A DNA stretch of 64,000 nt from Deferribacterales bacterium. GTDB lineage: Bacteria > Chrysiogenota > Deferribacteres > Deferribacterales > Geovibrionaceae. A program made the position numbers and the translations under genes. The stretch lies in assembly GCA_050251945.1 (NCBI GenBank), contig JBFWLW010000001.1, positions 160,001-224,000 of the forward strand. Direction: 5' to 3'. Under the pieces are notes generated by a model, which was not told the origin of the DNA, did no database searches, and was given only the letters and a program-made list of their open reading frames with translations. Shown piece after piece: positions 11,766 through 20,250 of the stretch (its first letter is position 1; every line of letters begins with the position of its first letter).

Positions 11766-11820
11766 GATAATGAATATCATTTTCTCTTGACGTGCCGACG
11801 CGATAATGATAGTTATTTTC
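11766..11820 (+). promoter_or_regulatory. Two Fur boxes upstream of feoA
   Basis: GATAATGAATATCATTTTC (11766-11784) and GATAATGATAGTTATTTTC (11802-11820), each 16/19 to GATAATGATAATCATTATC. Confidence 0.85.
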
Positions 11821-11867
11821 ATCATGCTTGGTAATAGGTTTTACTTTTTTTAATTAGGGAGATCAAA

Positions 11868-12101
11868 ATGATTATTTCCATGAGAAAGATGAAGGACAAT
11901 CAAAAGGGCAGGATTGTCAAGGTCAACTGCGAAGGGGAACTTCGGCAGAGGATCAATGATATGGGTCTGAACTCAGGAACTGAATTCAAAATTATCGGCA
12001 GGGCTCCGCTTTTTGACCCTGTTGCTCTGAAGGTGAGAGGGTTTACCATCACGCTCAGAAACAACGAAGCGGATCATATAGAAGTGGAGGTTAATGATTA
12101 A
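11868..12101 (+). CDS. feoA: Ferrous iron transport protein A
   Basis: RINDMGL..G, RAPLFDP, LRNNEA; precedes feoB. Confidence 0.93.
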   Translation: MIISMRKMKDNQKGRIVKVNCEGELRQRINDMGLNSGTEFKIIGRAPLFDPVALKVRGFTITLRNNEADHIEVEVND

Positions 12102-14287
12102 TGAAGATAGTTGCCATTGCCGGAAACCCCAACTGCGGGAAAACATCTCTTTTCAACAACATCACAGGTGCAAACTATCACGTTGCAAACTACCCCGGTG
12201 TTACTGTTGAAAAGAAAGAAGCAAAAGTTAAGCACGGCGGAGAAGAATTCACTATTGTCGATCTTCCCGGTACGTACAGCCTTTCGCCTTATTCTCTGGA
12301 AGAGAAAGTAGCCAGAGACTATGTTGTTAACGAAAAACCGGACGTTATCGTAAACGTTCTTGACGCATCAAACCTTGAAAGAAACCTTTATATGTTTGTG
12401 CAGTTCATGGAGATGGGAGCGCCGGTTATGGCAGCTCTTAACATGGTGGACGTTGCGAAACTCAGAAAAATAAATATCGACGTTAAAGCACTGTCTGAAA
12501 AGCTGAACGTTCCTGTTGTTGAAACAGTTGCAAGAGAGAACAAAGGGACGAAAGATATTCTTGATGCAGTGGCAAAATTCAGCGCCGGTCAGTCAAAAAC
12601 ACAGAACTTCGATATATCCTACGGTCCCGATATTGACGAAGCTCTTGTAAAAATGGAAACAAAAATCAAGGATGCGGGTTTCATGACCGCCAAATACCTT
12701 CCCAGATGGACAGCTCTGAAATACCTTGAAAACGATGAGCAGATCACCGCTGAAGGGGCTGGAATCGGCAATATCCATCAGGAACTTGTCTCCATGGCTG
12801 AAAAACTCAACAGCCATATTAAAACAACACAGAAAACAACTGCTGAAAACCTTATTGCAGATTACAGATACGGATACATAAGTTCCATTCTGAAATCAGT
12901 CGTCATATACGAGGATTCACCTCTGGACAGACTGTATCTCAGCGACCGTATAGATCAGGTTCTTACTAACAAACTCCTCGGACCGGTCATAATGCTCGGT
13001 TTCCTGTACCTTATATACGAGTTTACATTCTGGGCGAGTGAATACCCCGTTATGTGGCTTGAAAGCCTGTTCGGCTGGCTGGGCGGAATAGCCGATGCAC
13101 ATATGGCGGAAGGACTTCTGAAATCCCTTGTCACATCAGGTATAATCGACGGTGTGGGCGGGGTTCTGGGCTTTGCGCCGCTGATCCTTTTCATGTTCTT
13201 TGCAATCGCATTCCTTGAAGATTCCGGCTATATGGCAAGAACAGCTTATATGCTGGACAGAGTGTTCCGTCTTTTCGGGCTTCAGGGTAACTCGGTTGTG
13301 GCATACATCGTTTCAGGCGGTATCGCAGGCGGTTGCGCCGTTCCCGGTGTTATGGCTGCAAGAACCATTAAAGGCGAAAAAGAGAGACTTATAACCATTC
13401 TTACTGCTCCGTTCATGCCATGTGGTGCGAAACTCCCTGTTTATGCACTGCTTATCAAAGCGTTTTTCCCCGGCAACGAGAGTGGTATTATGCTCGCGAT
13501 AACACTTATAAGCTGGCTGCTTGCGCTTCTTATCGCAAGGCTGCTGGGTACGTTCTTTGTTAAAGAACCCGATTCGGCATTCGTTATGGAGCTTCCTCCT
13601 TACAGAATGCCCACGCTTAAAGGTCTTACTATCCACGCATGGGAAAGATGCTGGATGTATGTCAGAAAGGCAGGTACAGTTATCCTTGCCATCTCAGTTC
13701 TGCTTTGGGCTATGATGACTTTCCCCCAGCTTTCCGAAAAACAGCTTCAGGTATATGAAGACCAGCGTCAGGAAATTGTTTCTTCTTACGACACTGCCGT
13801 TGTGGAAGAGGGCGATTCTGATGCAGAGGAAGTATCTGCGGTAGCTCAGGAATATCGTGATCAGCTTTCAACAGTTGATTCAAACGAAGCGGGCGACGCA
13901 CTTGCAAATTCGGTTGCCGGTAAACTCGGACAGGTGTTTGAACCCGTAACACAGTTTGCAGGATTTGACTGGAGAACCAATATTGCTCTTATAGGCGGTA
14001 TAGCCGCGAAAGAAGTTGTGGTAGCTTCTCTGGGAACTGCTTACTCTCTGGGCGAAGTTGATCCCGAAGAGTCCGACAGTCTCGGCGATAAGCTGGTTAA
14101 ATCCGGCTGGACAACTGCAAACGCAATTTCGCTGATAATCTTTACACTGCTGTATTCTCCATGTTTTGTTACAGTGGTTGCTATCCGTAAGGAAACAGGC
14201 TCATCCAAGTGGGCGCTTTTCACTCTGTTCGTATACACAGGTGTTGCGTTCATTGCTTCTGTGGCTGCTTTCCAGATAATGGGGTAA
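12101..14287 (+). CDS. feoB: Ferrous iron transport protein B
   Basis: GNPNCGKT, NYPGVTVE, DLPG, LEDSGY, MELPPY; multiple TM segments. Confidence 0.97.
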   Translation: MKIVAIAGNPNCGKTSLFNNITGANYHVANYPGVTVEKKEAKVKHGGEEFTIVDLPGTYSLSPYSLEEKVARDYVVNEKPDVIVNVLDASNLERNLYMFVQFMEMGAPVMAALNMVDVAKLRKINIDVKALSEKLNVPVVETVARENKGTKDILDAVAKFSAGQSKTQNFDISYGPDIDEALVKMETKIKDAGFMTAKYLPRWTALKYLENDEQITAEGAGIGNIHQELVSMAEKLNSHIKTTQKTTAENLIADYRYGYISSILKSVVIYEDSPLDRLYLSDRIDQVLTNKLLGPVIMLGFLYLIYEFTFWASEYPVMWLESLFGWLGGIADAHMAEGLLKSLVTSGIIDGVGGVLGFAPLILFMFFAIAFLEDSGYMARTAYMLDRVFRLFGLQGNSVVAYIVSGGIAGGCAVPGVMAARTIKGEKERLITILTAPFMPCGAKLPVYALLIKAFFPGNESGIMLAITLISWLLALLIARLLGTFFVKEPDSAFVMELPPYRMPTLKGLTIHAWERCWMYVRKAGTVILAISVLLWAMMTFPQLSEKQLQVYEDQRQEIVSSYDTAVVEEGDSDAEEVSAVAQEYRDQLSTVDSNEAGDALANSVAGKLGQVFEPVTQFAGFDWRTNIALIGGIAAKEVVVASLGTAYSLGEVDPEESDSLGDKLVKSGWTTANAISLIIFTLLYSPCFVTVVAIRKETGSSKWALFTLFVYTGVAFIASVAAFQIMG

Positions 14288-14304
14288 CCCTGCGGAGGTG
14301 AAAT

Positions 14305-14463
14305 ATGATATCTAACGTAATACTTGCGGTAATTCTGCTCTGGGCTCTCGGCTACGCCGGAAGCAGGGCATGGAAGACCTATAAACAGGCAAAAGGTGAC
14401 AAGCCTATGGAATGTGCCTGTTCGGGATGCGGAGGAAGCTGTTCCTCTGAAAAGAAAATATAA
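14305..14463 (+). CDS. FeoB-associated Cys-rich small membrane protein (not in ORF track)
   Basis: Manual translation MISNVILAVILLWALGYAGSRAWKTYKQAKGDKPMECACSGCGGSCSSEKKI*; GGAGGT RBS; lies before the operon terminator. Confidence 0.85.
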   Translation: MISNVILAVILLWALGYAGSRAWKTYKQAKGDKPMECACSGCGGSCSSEKKI

Positions 14464-14469
14464 TCAGTC

Positions 14470-14497
14470 AAAGAGGGGCTTTTGCCCCTCTTTTTTT
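14470..14497 (+). terminator. Intrinsic terminator of feo operon
   Basis: AAAGAGGGGC-TTTT-GCCCCTCTTT plus T run. Confidence 0.85.
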
Positions 14498-14678
14498 GTA
14501 ATTATCAGATAAATTTACATTTTATTGAATATCTGTTTAAATGCTATGAAATCCTTGTTCTTCAAATAGTTGTAGCATTTGTGAAACCAATTGTGTATAC
14601 TATTGGTTATAAAGGAAGATAAGCGCCACTACTTCTGGTAGTATCAAAATGTTGTTAAACGGGGTATACCATGTTAGC

Positions 14679-14792
14679 TAAAACTTCACCAAAACCAAGT
14701 TTTTGCAAAAGTCATACACGGTGCAAACCGTGTCCCGCAATTGGCCGTTGGTGGCAACATTTTCCGGGCTTTGCTTCCAACGGCATTTTTTT
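14679..14792 (+). ncRNA. Candidate structured small RNA or leader upstream of luxR
   Basis: ACACGGT-GCAA-ACCGTGT GNRA hairpin (14716-14733); GCCGTTGG...CCAACGGC stem (14744-14784) then A+T7; family not recognised; 5' end inferred. Confidence 0.35.
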
Positions 14793-14809
14793 ATGCCTAA
14801 TTTCATTTT

Positions 14810-15538
14810 ATGGAACTTCCTGCCATGCTTAAACGTAAAGAACTGACAAGTATACTTGATTTTTCTCTGGAACTTATGAATATCCGCACCTATTCCACGT
14901 TTACATCGTCGGTAATGGGGCTTAAAGGGCTTTTTGAGTTCGATTTCGTCCATATCGGTGCAGTTTCATTTTCCGACGAGTGGAAGATGCAGACTTTCTA
15001 TACCAACCTGAGTGTTATGAAGGAATGGTCGCCTTACCAGTATTCCAGCAGTCCAAACCCTAACGATCCTGTCTATTCCATGGTCAGTGCGGGGAAAACG
15101 ATGATGTGGTGGGAAGAGCTTCCGCCGGCTATAAATAGTTCCGTGACACCTTCCATGGTGCTTCCGAATCTTTGCGGCTACAGCTTCAGCAAAGTGGCGC
15201 CCGACAAGTCTAAAACGGCCGTTATCTCTTTCGGCGGAAGAGAATTCATTAAATCTGAGAGAACGGAAGAGCTTCTTTACTTTATATACCCGCACCTTGC
15301 AAACGCTTATTACAGGCTGAGCGAGATGCAGGATATAGACCCCGGACTTATCAGCGGACGTGAGATGGATGTTCTGCGCTGGCTTAAGGTCGGCAAAACC
15401 TCATGGGAGATATCGAAAATACTTGAGATAAGCGAGAATACAGTGAACTTCCATATAAAGAACATCAAACGTAAGCTGAACGCAACGAACCGTCAGCACG
15501 CGGTGGCAATTGCCATTGCGAACAGCATCATTTCCTAA
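14810..15538 (+). CDS. LuxR-family regulator with autoinducer-binding domain (LuxR solo)
   Basis: W...DP...W...G pattern in the N-domain; C-terminal HTH ISGREMDVLRWLKVGKTSWEISKILEISENTVNFH. Confidence 0.9.
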   Translation: MELPAMLKRKELTSILDFSLELMNIRTYSTFTSSVMGLKGLFEFDFVHIGAVSFSDEWKMQTFYTNLSVMKEWSPYQYSSSPNPNDPVYSMVSAGKTMMWWEELPPAINSSVTPSMVLPNLCGYSFSKVAPDKSKTAVISFGGREFIKSERTEELLYFIYPHLANAYYRLSEMQDIDPGLISGREMDVLRWLKVGKTSWEISKILEISENTVNFHIKNIKRKLNATNRQHAVAIAIANSIIS

Positions 15539-17418
15539 CTTTCATCGTTGAATATACTGATGCGGTTCCTGCCTGATTGCTTTGCATTATAAAGGGCAGT
15601 GTCAGCCTTTCTGAATGTCGTGTTGGCTGTTGCGTTGGCGGAAGGCACCGTGCAGTAAACACCTATTGATACTGTTATAAATTTATCTATTTCGCTGGAA
15701 GAATGTTCGATATGCAGGTTATGTATCTCTCTGCGCATCTGTTCAAAGAACTCTATTGAATCTTTCCGGTTCATATCCATACATGCGACCGCGAATTCTT
15801 CGCCGCCTATCCTGAAAGCATAATCCCCTGCACGGTTCAGCGATCTTTTTATATTCATTGCGACTCTGTTGAGAACCTTATCTCCTTTCAGGTGCCCGTA
15901 AGTATCGTTATATGCTTTGAAAAAATCTATATCTATGATGGCAAGGGTCATGTGCGTGTGATTTCTCTGTGCTCTTCTGACCTCAAGATCGAGAATCTGA
16001 TTGAAATACCTCTTGTTGTAGAGTGCGGTTTGATCATCTGTGATAGTCAGTTCCTCGACGCGTTTTTTATCTGTTATATCGGTTCTGATGGAGAGATATC
16101 CCTTGAATTTGCCGTTGTCGTCCAGTTTGGGTATTATGTGGGCGTTTACCCAGAAAGGGGTTCCGTCCTTTTTGACATTCTTTATATCCCCGTTCCACGA
16201 ATTTCCTGACATTACAGTGTTCCACATCTGTCTGGATGTGTTTTGATCCATATCCGGGTGTTTCAGTATAGTATGCGGAGCGCCTATGAGTTCTTCCTGC
16301 GAAAACTGTGATACATCACAGAGCGCCGAACTTACCTTCGTTATTGTGCCGTTTGCGTCTGCTTCGGAGAAGATGACATATTTGTCAATTATATTGTGGT
16401 TGAATGTCAGTTCGTCCTTTGCCCTGTTCAGATAGAGGTTTGTTTTGTCCAGTCTGCCTATATACGCATTGAATCCGATATTTACCACAGCGAGTGTTAA
16501 AATTGCCATAGCAACGCTGAACAGGAACAGTATGAGGACATCATCCTTTATGTCCTCAATACTCTTGGTGATGTCTATTGCAGCAACCAGGGAGGCTATA
16601 CTTTCGTTGCTGTAATTACTAAGCTCCATTACAGGAGCCACGAGATAAGTCCGCCCGTTGTTTTCATAAGTGATCTTTTTTTCATTTCCCAGTTGCTTCA
16701 GAGCTTTGAGAAAGAAGTCGGGTGCGTCGGTTTTTATATATCTGTCATCTGCCGGTTCCAGACCCTCTTTATTGTTAAGGACTTTCAGGGCATCTTTTTT
16801 AAAAACGAAAGCGAGTTTTTTATCACCGTATATCGTTTCCAGAAGATGTGTGAAATACATCGGGTCAGTGCCGAGTTCAAGGCATCCGATGTGCTTGTGG
16901 TCACTGTTGTAAACCGGCTGCACAACGCGGTAGTAGATGCCGTTCAATCCCACCTCAATACCTGTTTCAGGCAATTTCAACTGATTGGACTTTGCCACGA
17001 TATGTCTTACCTTTGAAAGGTCATCTCCGTACATATCCGGCAAGTGGACACGGAGCAGGGTGACGGTTTTTTCGGTGTGGAAATGCATGTTTTTAAAAAA
17101 ACGGTTTTCAGAACTGAAAAGATCATAGTTGCGTTTAACAAGAGTATAAAGTTTTATTCTGTCATGATGTTCGATGGCATCTATGACATCCTGATTAGCA
17201 AGTATATTGTCAATTCTGGTGAAATTGAGTTCGTTAAGAGCGTTCAGCTCTGATTTGAAGAATGTCTGAAGATGTGCAGTTTCGTCGGAAAGGGTTGCGT
17301 TCAACTTATGTCTGTAGCTGACATAGGAAATGAACATAAAAAGAGCTACCAGCAATAAAAGCAGGAAAGCAAGGCGGGCAAGGGTAGTGTTTTTTATGTC
17401 CTTATATTTCTCCGTCAT
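15535..17418 (-). CDS. Sensor diguanylate cyclase (TM-Cache-TM-PAS-GGDEF)
   Basis: Two TM segments, MHFH...LRVH.P..YGDDL Cache motif, PAS (NVKKDGTPFWV), RAGD I-site, RIGGEEF; start moved to ATG 17418. Confidence 0.9.
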   Translation of the reverse strand: MTEKYKDIKNTTLARLAFLLLLLVALFMFISYVSYRHKLNATLSDETAHLQTFFKSELNALNELNFTRIDNILANQDVIDAIEHHDRIKLYTLVKRNYDLFSSENRFFKNMHFHTEKTVTLLRVHLPDMYGDDLSKVRHIVAKSNQLKLPETGIEVGLNGIYYRVVQPVYNSDHKHIGCLELGTDPMYFTHLLETIYGDKKLAFVFKKDALKVLNNKEGLEPADDRYIKTDAPDFFLKALKQLGNEKKITYENNGRTYLVAPVMELSNYSNESIASLVAAIDITKSIEDIKDDVLILFLFSVAMAILTLAVVNIGFNAYIGRLDKTNLYLNRAKDELTFNHNIIDKYVIFSEADANGTITKVSSALCDVSQFSQEELIGAPHTILKHPDMDQNTSRQMWNTVMSGNSWNGDIKNVKKDGTPFWVNAHIIPKLDDNGKFKGYLSIRTDITDKKRVEELTITDDQTALYNKRYFNQILDLEVRRAQRNHTHMTLAIIDIDFFKAYNDTYGHLKGDKVLNRVAMNIKRSLNRAGDYAFRIGGEEFAVACMDMNRKDSIEFFEQMRREIHNLHIEHSSSEIDKFITVSIGVYCTVPSANATANTTFRKADTALYNAKQSGRNRISIFNDES

Positions 17419-17442
17419 GTAAAAGTATACCCTTCTTATCGG

Positions 17443-17645
17443 GTTTATCAAACAAAAAAAGCCGGACAAATTTTGTCCGGCTCAGACTGATGGCAAAGTC
17501 GAAAAAGACGAGGTCGCTTCGTCGCTACGCTTCTCGCGAAGACATAAGTTACTGTCATTGCGAGGAAGCCGCAGGCTGACGCGGCAATCTCATTGATTTT
17601 AACCAGTTTATCAAACAAAAAAAGCCGGACAAATTTTGTCCGGCT
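17443..17645. mobile_element. REP/MITE-like palindromic element (type A) between two identical 40-bp terminator copies
   Basis: gtttatcaaacaaaaaaagccggacaaattttgtccggct at 17443-17482 and 17606-17645; the interior is homologous to the reverse complement of ~27256-27380. Confidence 0.7.
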
Positions 17646-17673
17646 TTATAAGATCAGCGTGAGCTGGTTATTA

Positions 17674-17991
17674 TTAGTATCTTCCGCCGCGTCCGCCGCC
17701 GAATCCACCACGTCCGCCACCGAAACCGCCGCCTCTGTTTCCGCCTTCTTCGCGGGGTTTAGCTTCGTTAACAGTGATGTTTCTGCCGCCGTATTCTGCG
17801 CCGTTGAATTGTTCAATAGCTGCTTTTGCTTCGTCGTTGTTACCCATTTCAACAAAACCGAATCCTTTAGAACGGCCTGTTTCTCTGTCTTTGATTATAC
17901 GTGCTGAATCAACAGCGCCAACACCGCCGAAAAGAGAAGTAAGGTCTTCTTCAGTTGTTGAGTAGCTAAGGTTACCTACGTAAATGTTCAT
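17674..17991 (-). CDS. RRM RNA-binding protein with Gly/Arg-rich tail (paralog 1)
   Basis: RNP2 IYVGNL, RNP1 [18 protein letters not shown] tail. Confidence 0.95.
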   Translation of the reverse strand: MNIYVGNLSYSTTEEDLTSLFGGVGAVDSARIIKDRETGRSKGFGFVEMGNNDEAKAAIEQFNGAEYGGRNITVNEAKPREEGGNRGGGFGGGRGGFGGGRGGRY

Positions 17992-18229
17992 TAAAATTCC
18001 TCATGAAATTATTTGTCAAAACACACAACTCTGGGATAATACGGTGAGCAATACGGACGGAAAGGAGCCAAACTCAGGAAACTTATGAACAATTTTTGCG
18101 GGTTATATTGAGGTACAACGGCATAAATGATAAGGTTCTGGTTCAAAAAATCCGGATGAATTTGCTAACAACGTTCAACCAAATATCGGTCTGACACACT
18201 AAATATACATCGTTACTCACAAATAGCAA
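17992..18229 (-). promoter_or_regulatory. Sigma70-like promoter and conserved long 5' leader of RRM paralog 1
   Basis: TTGCTA(18229-18224)-16-TATATT(18207-18202); leader blocks collinear with 22742-22989. Confidence 0.6.
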
Positions 18230-18375
18230 CATAAAATAGTGTTTTTTCTTTTCAGTATTTAAAATATATAAAATCTATAGATTTAATGCTTTTTTATGTT
18301 GACTTGCCCGATATTGTTCTGATATGTTCTGTTCAGTTGAACCCGAATTTGATGAAAGACTAATGGAGAAATACA

Positions 18376-19191
18376 ATGTATGAAGTTATTTGTTCTGATT
18401 TGTCATACTCTTATGGGGAAGCAAAAGTACTGGAGGGCGTATCTCTTAAAGCTGAACCTGGTGATTTTGTCTGTCTCCTCGGACCTTCGGGATGCGGGAA
18501 AAGTACACTCCTCAGACTTCTGGCAGGTTTGTCCATGCCCGACAGCGGAAGCATCACCATAAACGGTGAACATGTGACCGGAACCGACCTTAACAGAGGA
18601 GTGGTTTTTCAGGATTATTCGCTTTTTCCGTGGATGACGGCCGGAGAGAATATTGTACTCGCTCTCAGACAGGCTTTTCCAAAGAAAAAGAAGAGTGAAT
18701 ACAAAGAGATAGCGGCTGACTATCTTAATATAGTCGGACTTGCCGGAAGTTTTGATAAACTGCCGGGGCATATGTCAGGTGGTATGCGCCAGCGAGCCGC
18801 CATAGCGCGTGCTTTTGCTGTCAATTCACCGATACTGCTTATGGATGAGCCTTTCGGAGCGCTTGACGCAATTACGCGTGCAAAGCTTCAGGACCTTTTG
18901 CTCGGGCTTTGGATGCAGAAGAACAGTGAGCGCAGAACCGTTTTCTTTGTAACCCACGATGTTGACGAGGCGATACTTCTTGCCACTCACATAGTTGTGA
19001 TGGGCGTGAATCCTGGGTCAGTAAAGGGCATTATCGAGGTCGATATCCCCAGACCGAGAAGGCGCAGGGGAGCGGCTGCCGAAAAGCAGTTTCAGACCAT
19101 CAGAGAGGAACTGGTTAATATACTTCAGGAAAATATTCTGAACGGACTTGATAAAGGAGAAACCGTCCTGTCATTGGGCGAGTGGATATAG
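18376..19191 (+). CDS. ABC transporter ATP-binding protein, nitrate/sulfonate (SsuB/TauB-like)
   Basis: GPSGCGKS, VFQDYSLFPW, MSGGMRQR, LLMDEPFGALD, VTHD. Confidence 0.92.
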   Translation: MYEVICSDLSYSYGEAKVLEGVSLKAEPGDFVCLLGPSGCGKSTLLRLLAGLSMPDSGSITINGEHVTGTDLNRGVVFQDYSLFPWMTAGENIVLALRQAFPKKKKSEYKEIAADYLNIVGLAGSFDKLPGHMSGGMRQRAAIARAFAVNSPILLMDEPFGALDAITRAKLQDLLLGLWMQKNSERRTVFFVTHDVDEAILLATHIVVMGVNPGSVKGIIEVDIPRPRRRRGAAAEKQFQTIREELVNILQENILNGLDKGETVLSLGEWI

Positions 19192-19200
19192 GAGAAGGCT

Positions 19201-20250
19201 ATGAAAAGATTTTTATTGATCGTTCTTACGTTGTCAGTGTTTGCTGTTTTTCAGGCATCAGCAGGCGAGAGACCCAAACTCAAGGTTGGTTATGCACCTG
19301 GTGGAGGAAGCATCCTGACGCTGGTGGCGCAGGATAAGAAATTCTTTGAAAAAGAGGGACTGGATGTGGAGCTTGTTCAGTTTGCAAGCTCGTCCGACGG
19401 TCTGAACGCTCTTAACACAGGAAAGATAGACTTTGGCGTATCTTTCGGAACGGCGGGACCTCTGGCATTTATATCTAAAGGTGCTGACTTCACTATAATC
19501 GGCGGTATGCTGGCAGGCGGTCACCCCATAATAGCGTTGCCGCAGAACAAGGATAAGTTTAAGTCCATTCAGGATTTTAAAGGCAAAACAGTTGCAACTG
19601 CAAGGATATATACGGCGGATGTTGTATGGCGGGGAGCGCTTAAAAGAGCCGGTATCGACCCAAATAAAGATGTCACAATCATAGAACTTAAAAATCCTGC
19701 CGCTGTTCTTGAGGCTGTTAAAGCGGGAAAGGTTGATGTCGGCATAGGCTCGTCGACGATAGTTATGAAGCTTGAACAGGCAGGCGTTGCCGTTGTCGGC
19801 TGGAGCAATGATCTGTTTCCCGACCACCCTTGCTGCAGGGTTGTTGCCCGCGGTAAAAATACTGTCAAATATCATGAAACGTATAGAGCATTTTTAAGAG
19901 CGCTTATTCAGGCTGAGAAATTTAAGCATGAACACCCCGATTCAGTTGTCGGTGTCGCGATGAAATATCTCAATCTGGACGAACCAACGGCGAGAGCGTT
20001 TGTTTTGGAGCCTCACCAGTCCACAAAGGTTGACCCCGACACGGACGGCGTGAAACAGATGTGGGACGATATGAAATCCATAGATTATGTCCAAAACGCA
20101 GATAACATTGATATTACAAAGTATATCAATACCACTCTGTATCAGGAAGCTCTGGGCGACCTGCTGAAAAAGTACCCAAGAGACAGGTATTATCTGGACG
20201 CTAAAAAACGCTTTGCAAAAAGGAATAGTGAAGGTCATGCGCATAATTAA
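19201..20250 (+). CDS. ABC transporter substrate-binding protein (SsuA/NMT1-like)
   Basis: Signal peptide, FFEKEGLDVEL, GKIDFG, KGKTVA, HPCCR. Confidence 0.88.
   Translation: MKRFLLIVLTLSVFAVFQASAGERPKLKVGYAPGGGSILTLVAQDKKFFEKEGLDVELVQFASSSDGLNALNTGKIDFGVSFGTAGPLAFISKGADFTIIGGMLAGGHPIIALPQNKDKFKSIQDFKGKTVATARIYTADVVWRGALKRAGIDPNKDVTIIELKNPAAVLEAVKAGKVDVGIGSSTIVMKLEQAGVAVVGWSNDLFPDHPCCRVVARGKNTVKYHETYRAFLRALIQAEKFKHEHPDSVVGVAMKYLNLDEPTARAFVLEPHQSTKVDPDTDGVKQMWDDMKSIDYVQNADNIDITKYINTTLYQEALGDLLKKYPRDRYYLDAKKRFAKRNSEGHAHN

Noticed and set aside
14711..14790. c-di-GMP-I riboswitch suggested by GCAAACC and nearby GGDEF genes
   Set aside because: Lacks the GAAA tetraloop P2 and the GGGACGCAAAGC and receptor elements; kept only as an unknown structured RNA
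14671..14832. 53-aa Cys-containing uORF (MLAKTSPKPSFCKSH...) overlapping the luxR start
   Set aside because: Its ATG falls inside the likely -10 element, it reads through a terminator-like hairpin, and it has no recognisable motif; not fully excluded
17674..17740. GC-rich ccgccg short repeats, also at 22410-22500
   Set aside because: These simply encode the Gly/Arg-rich tails of the RRM proteins
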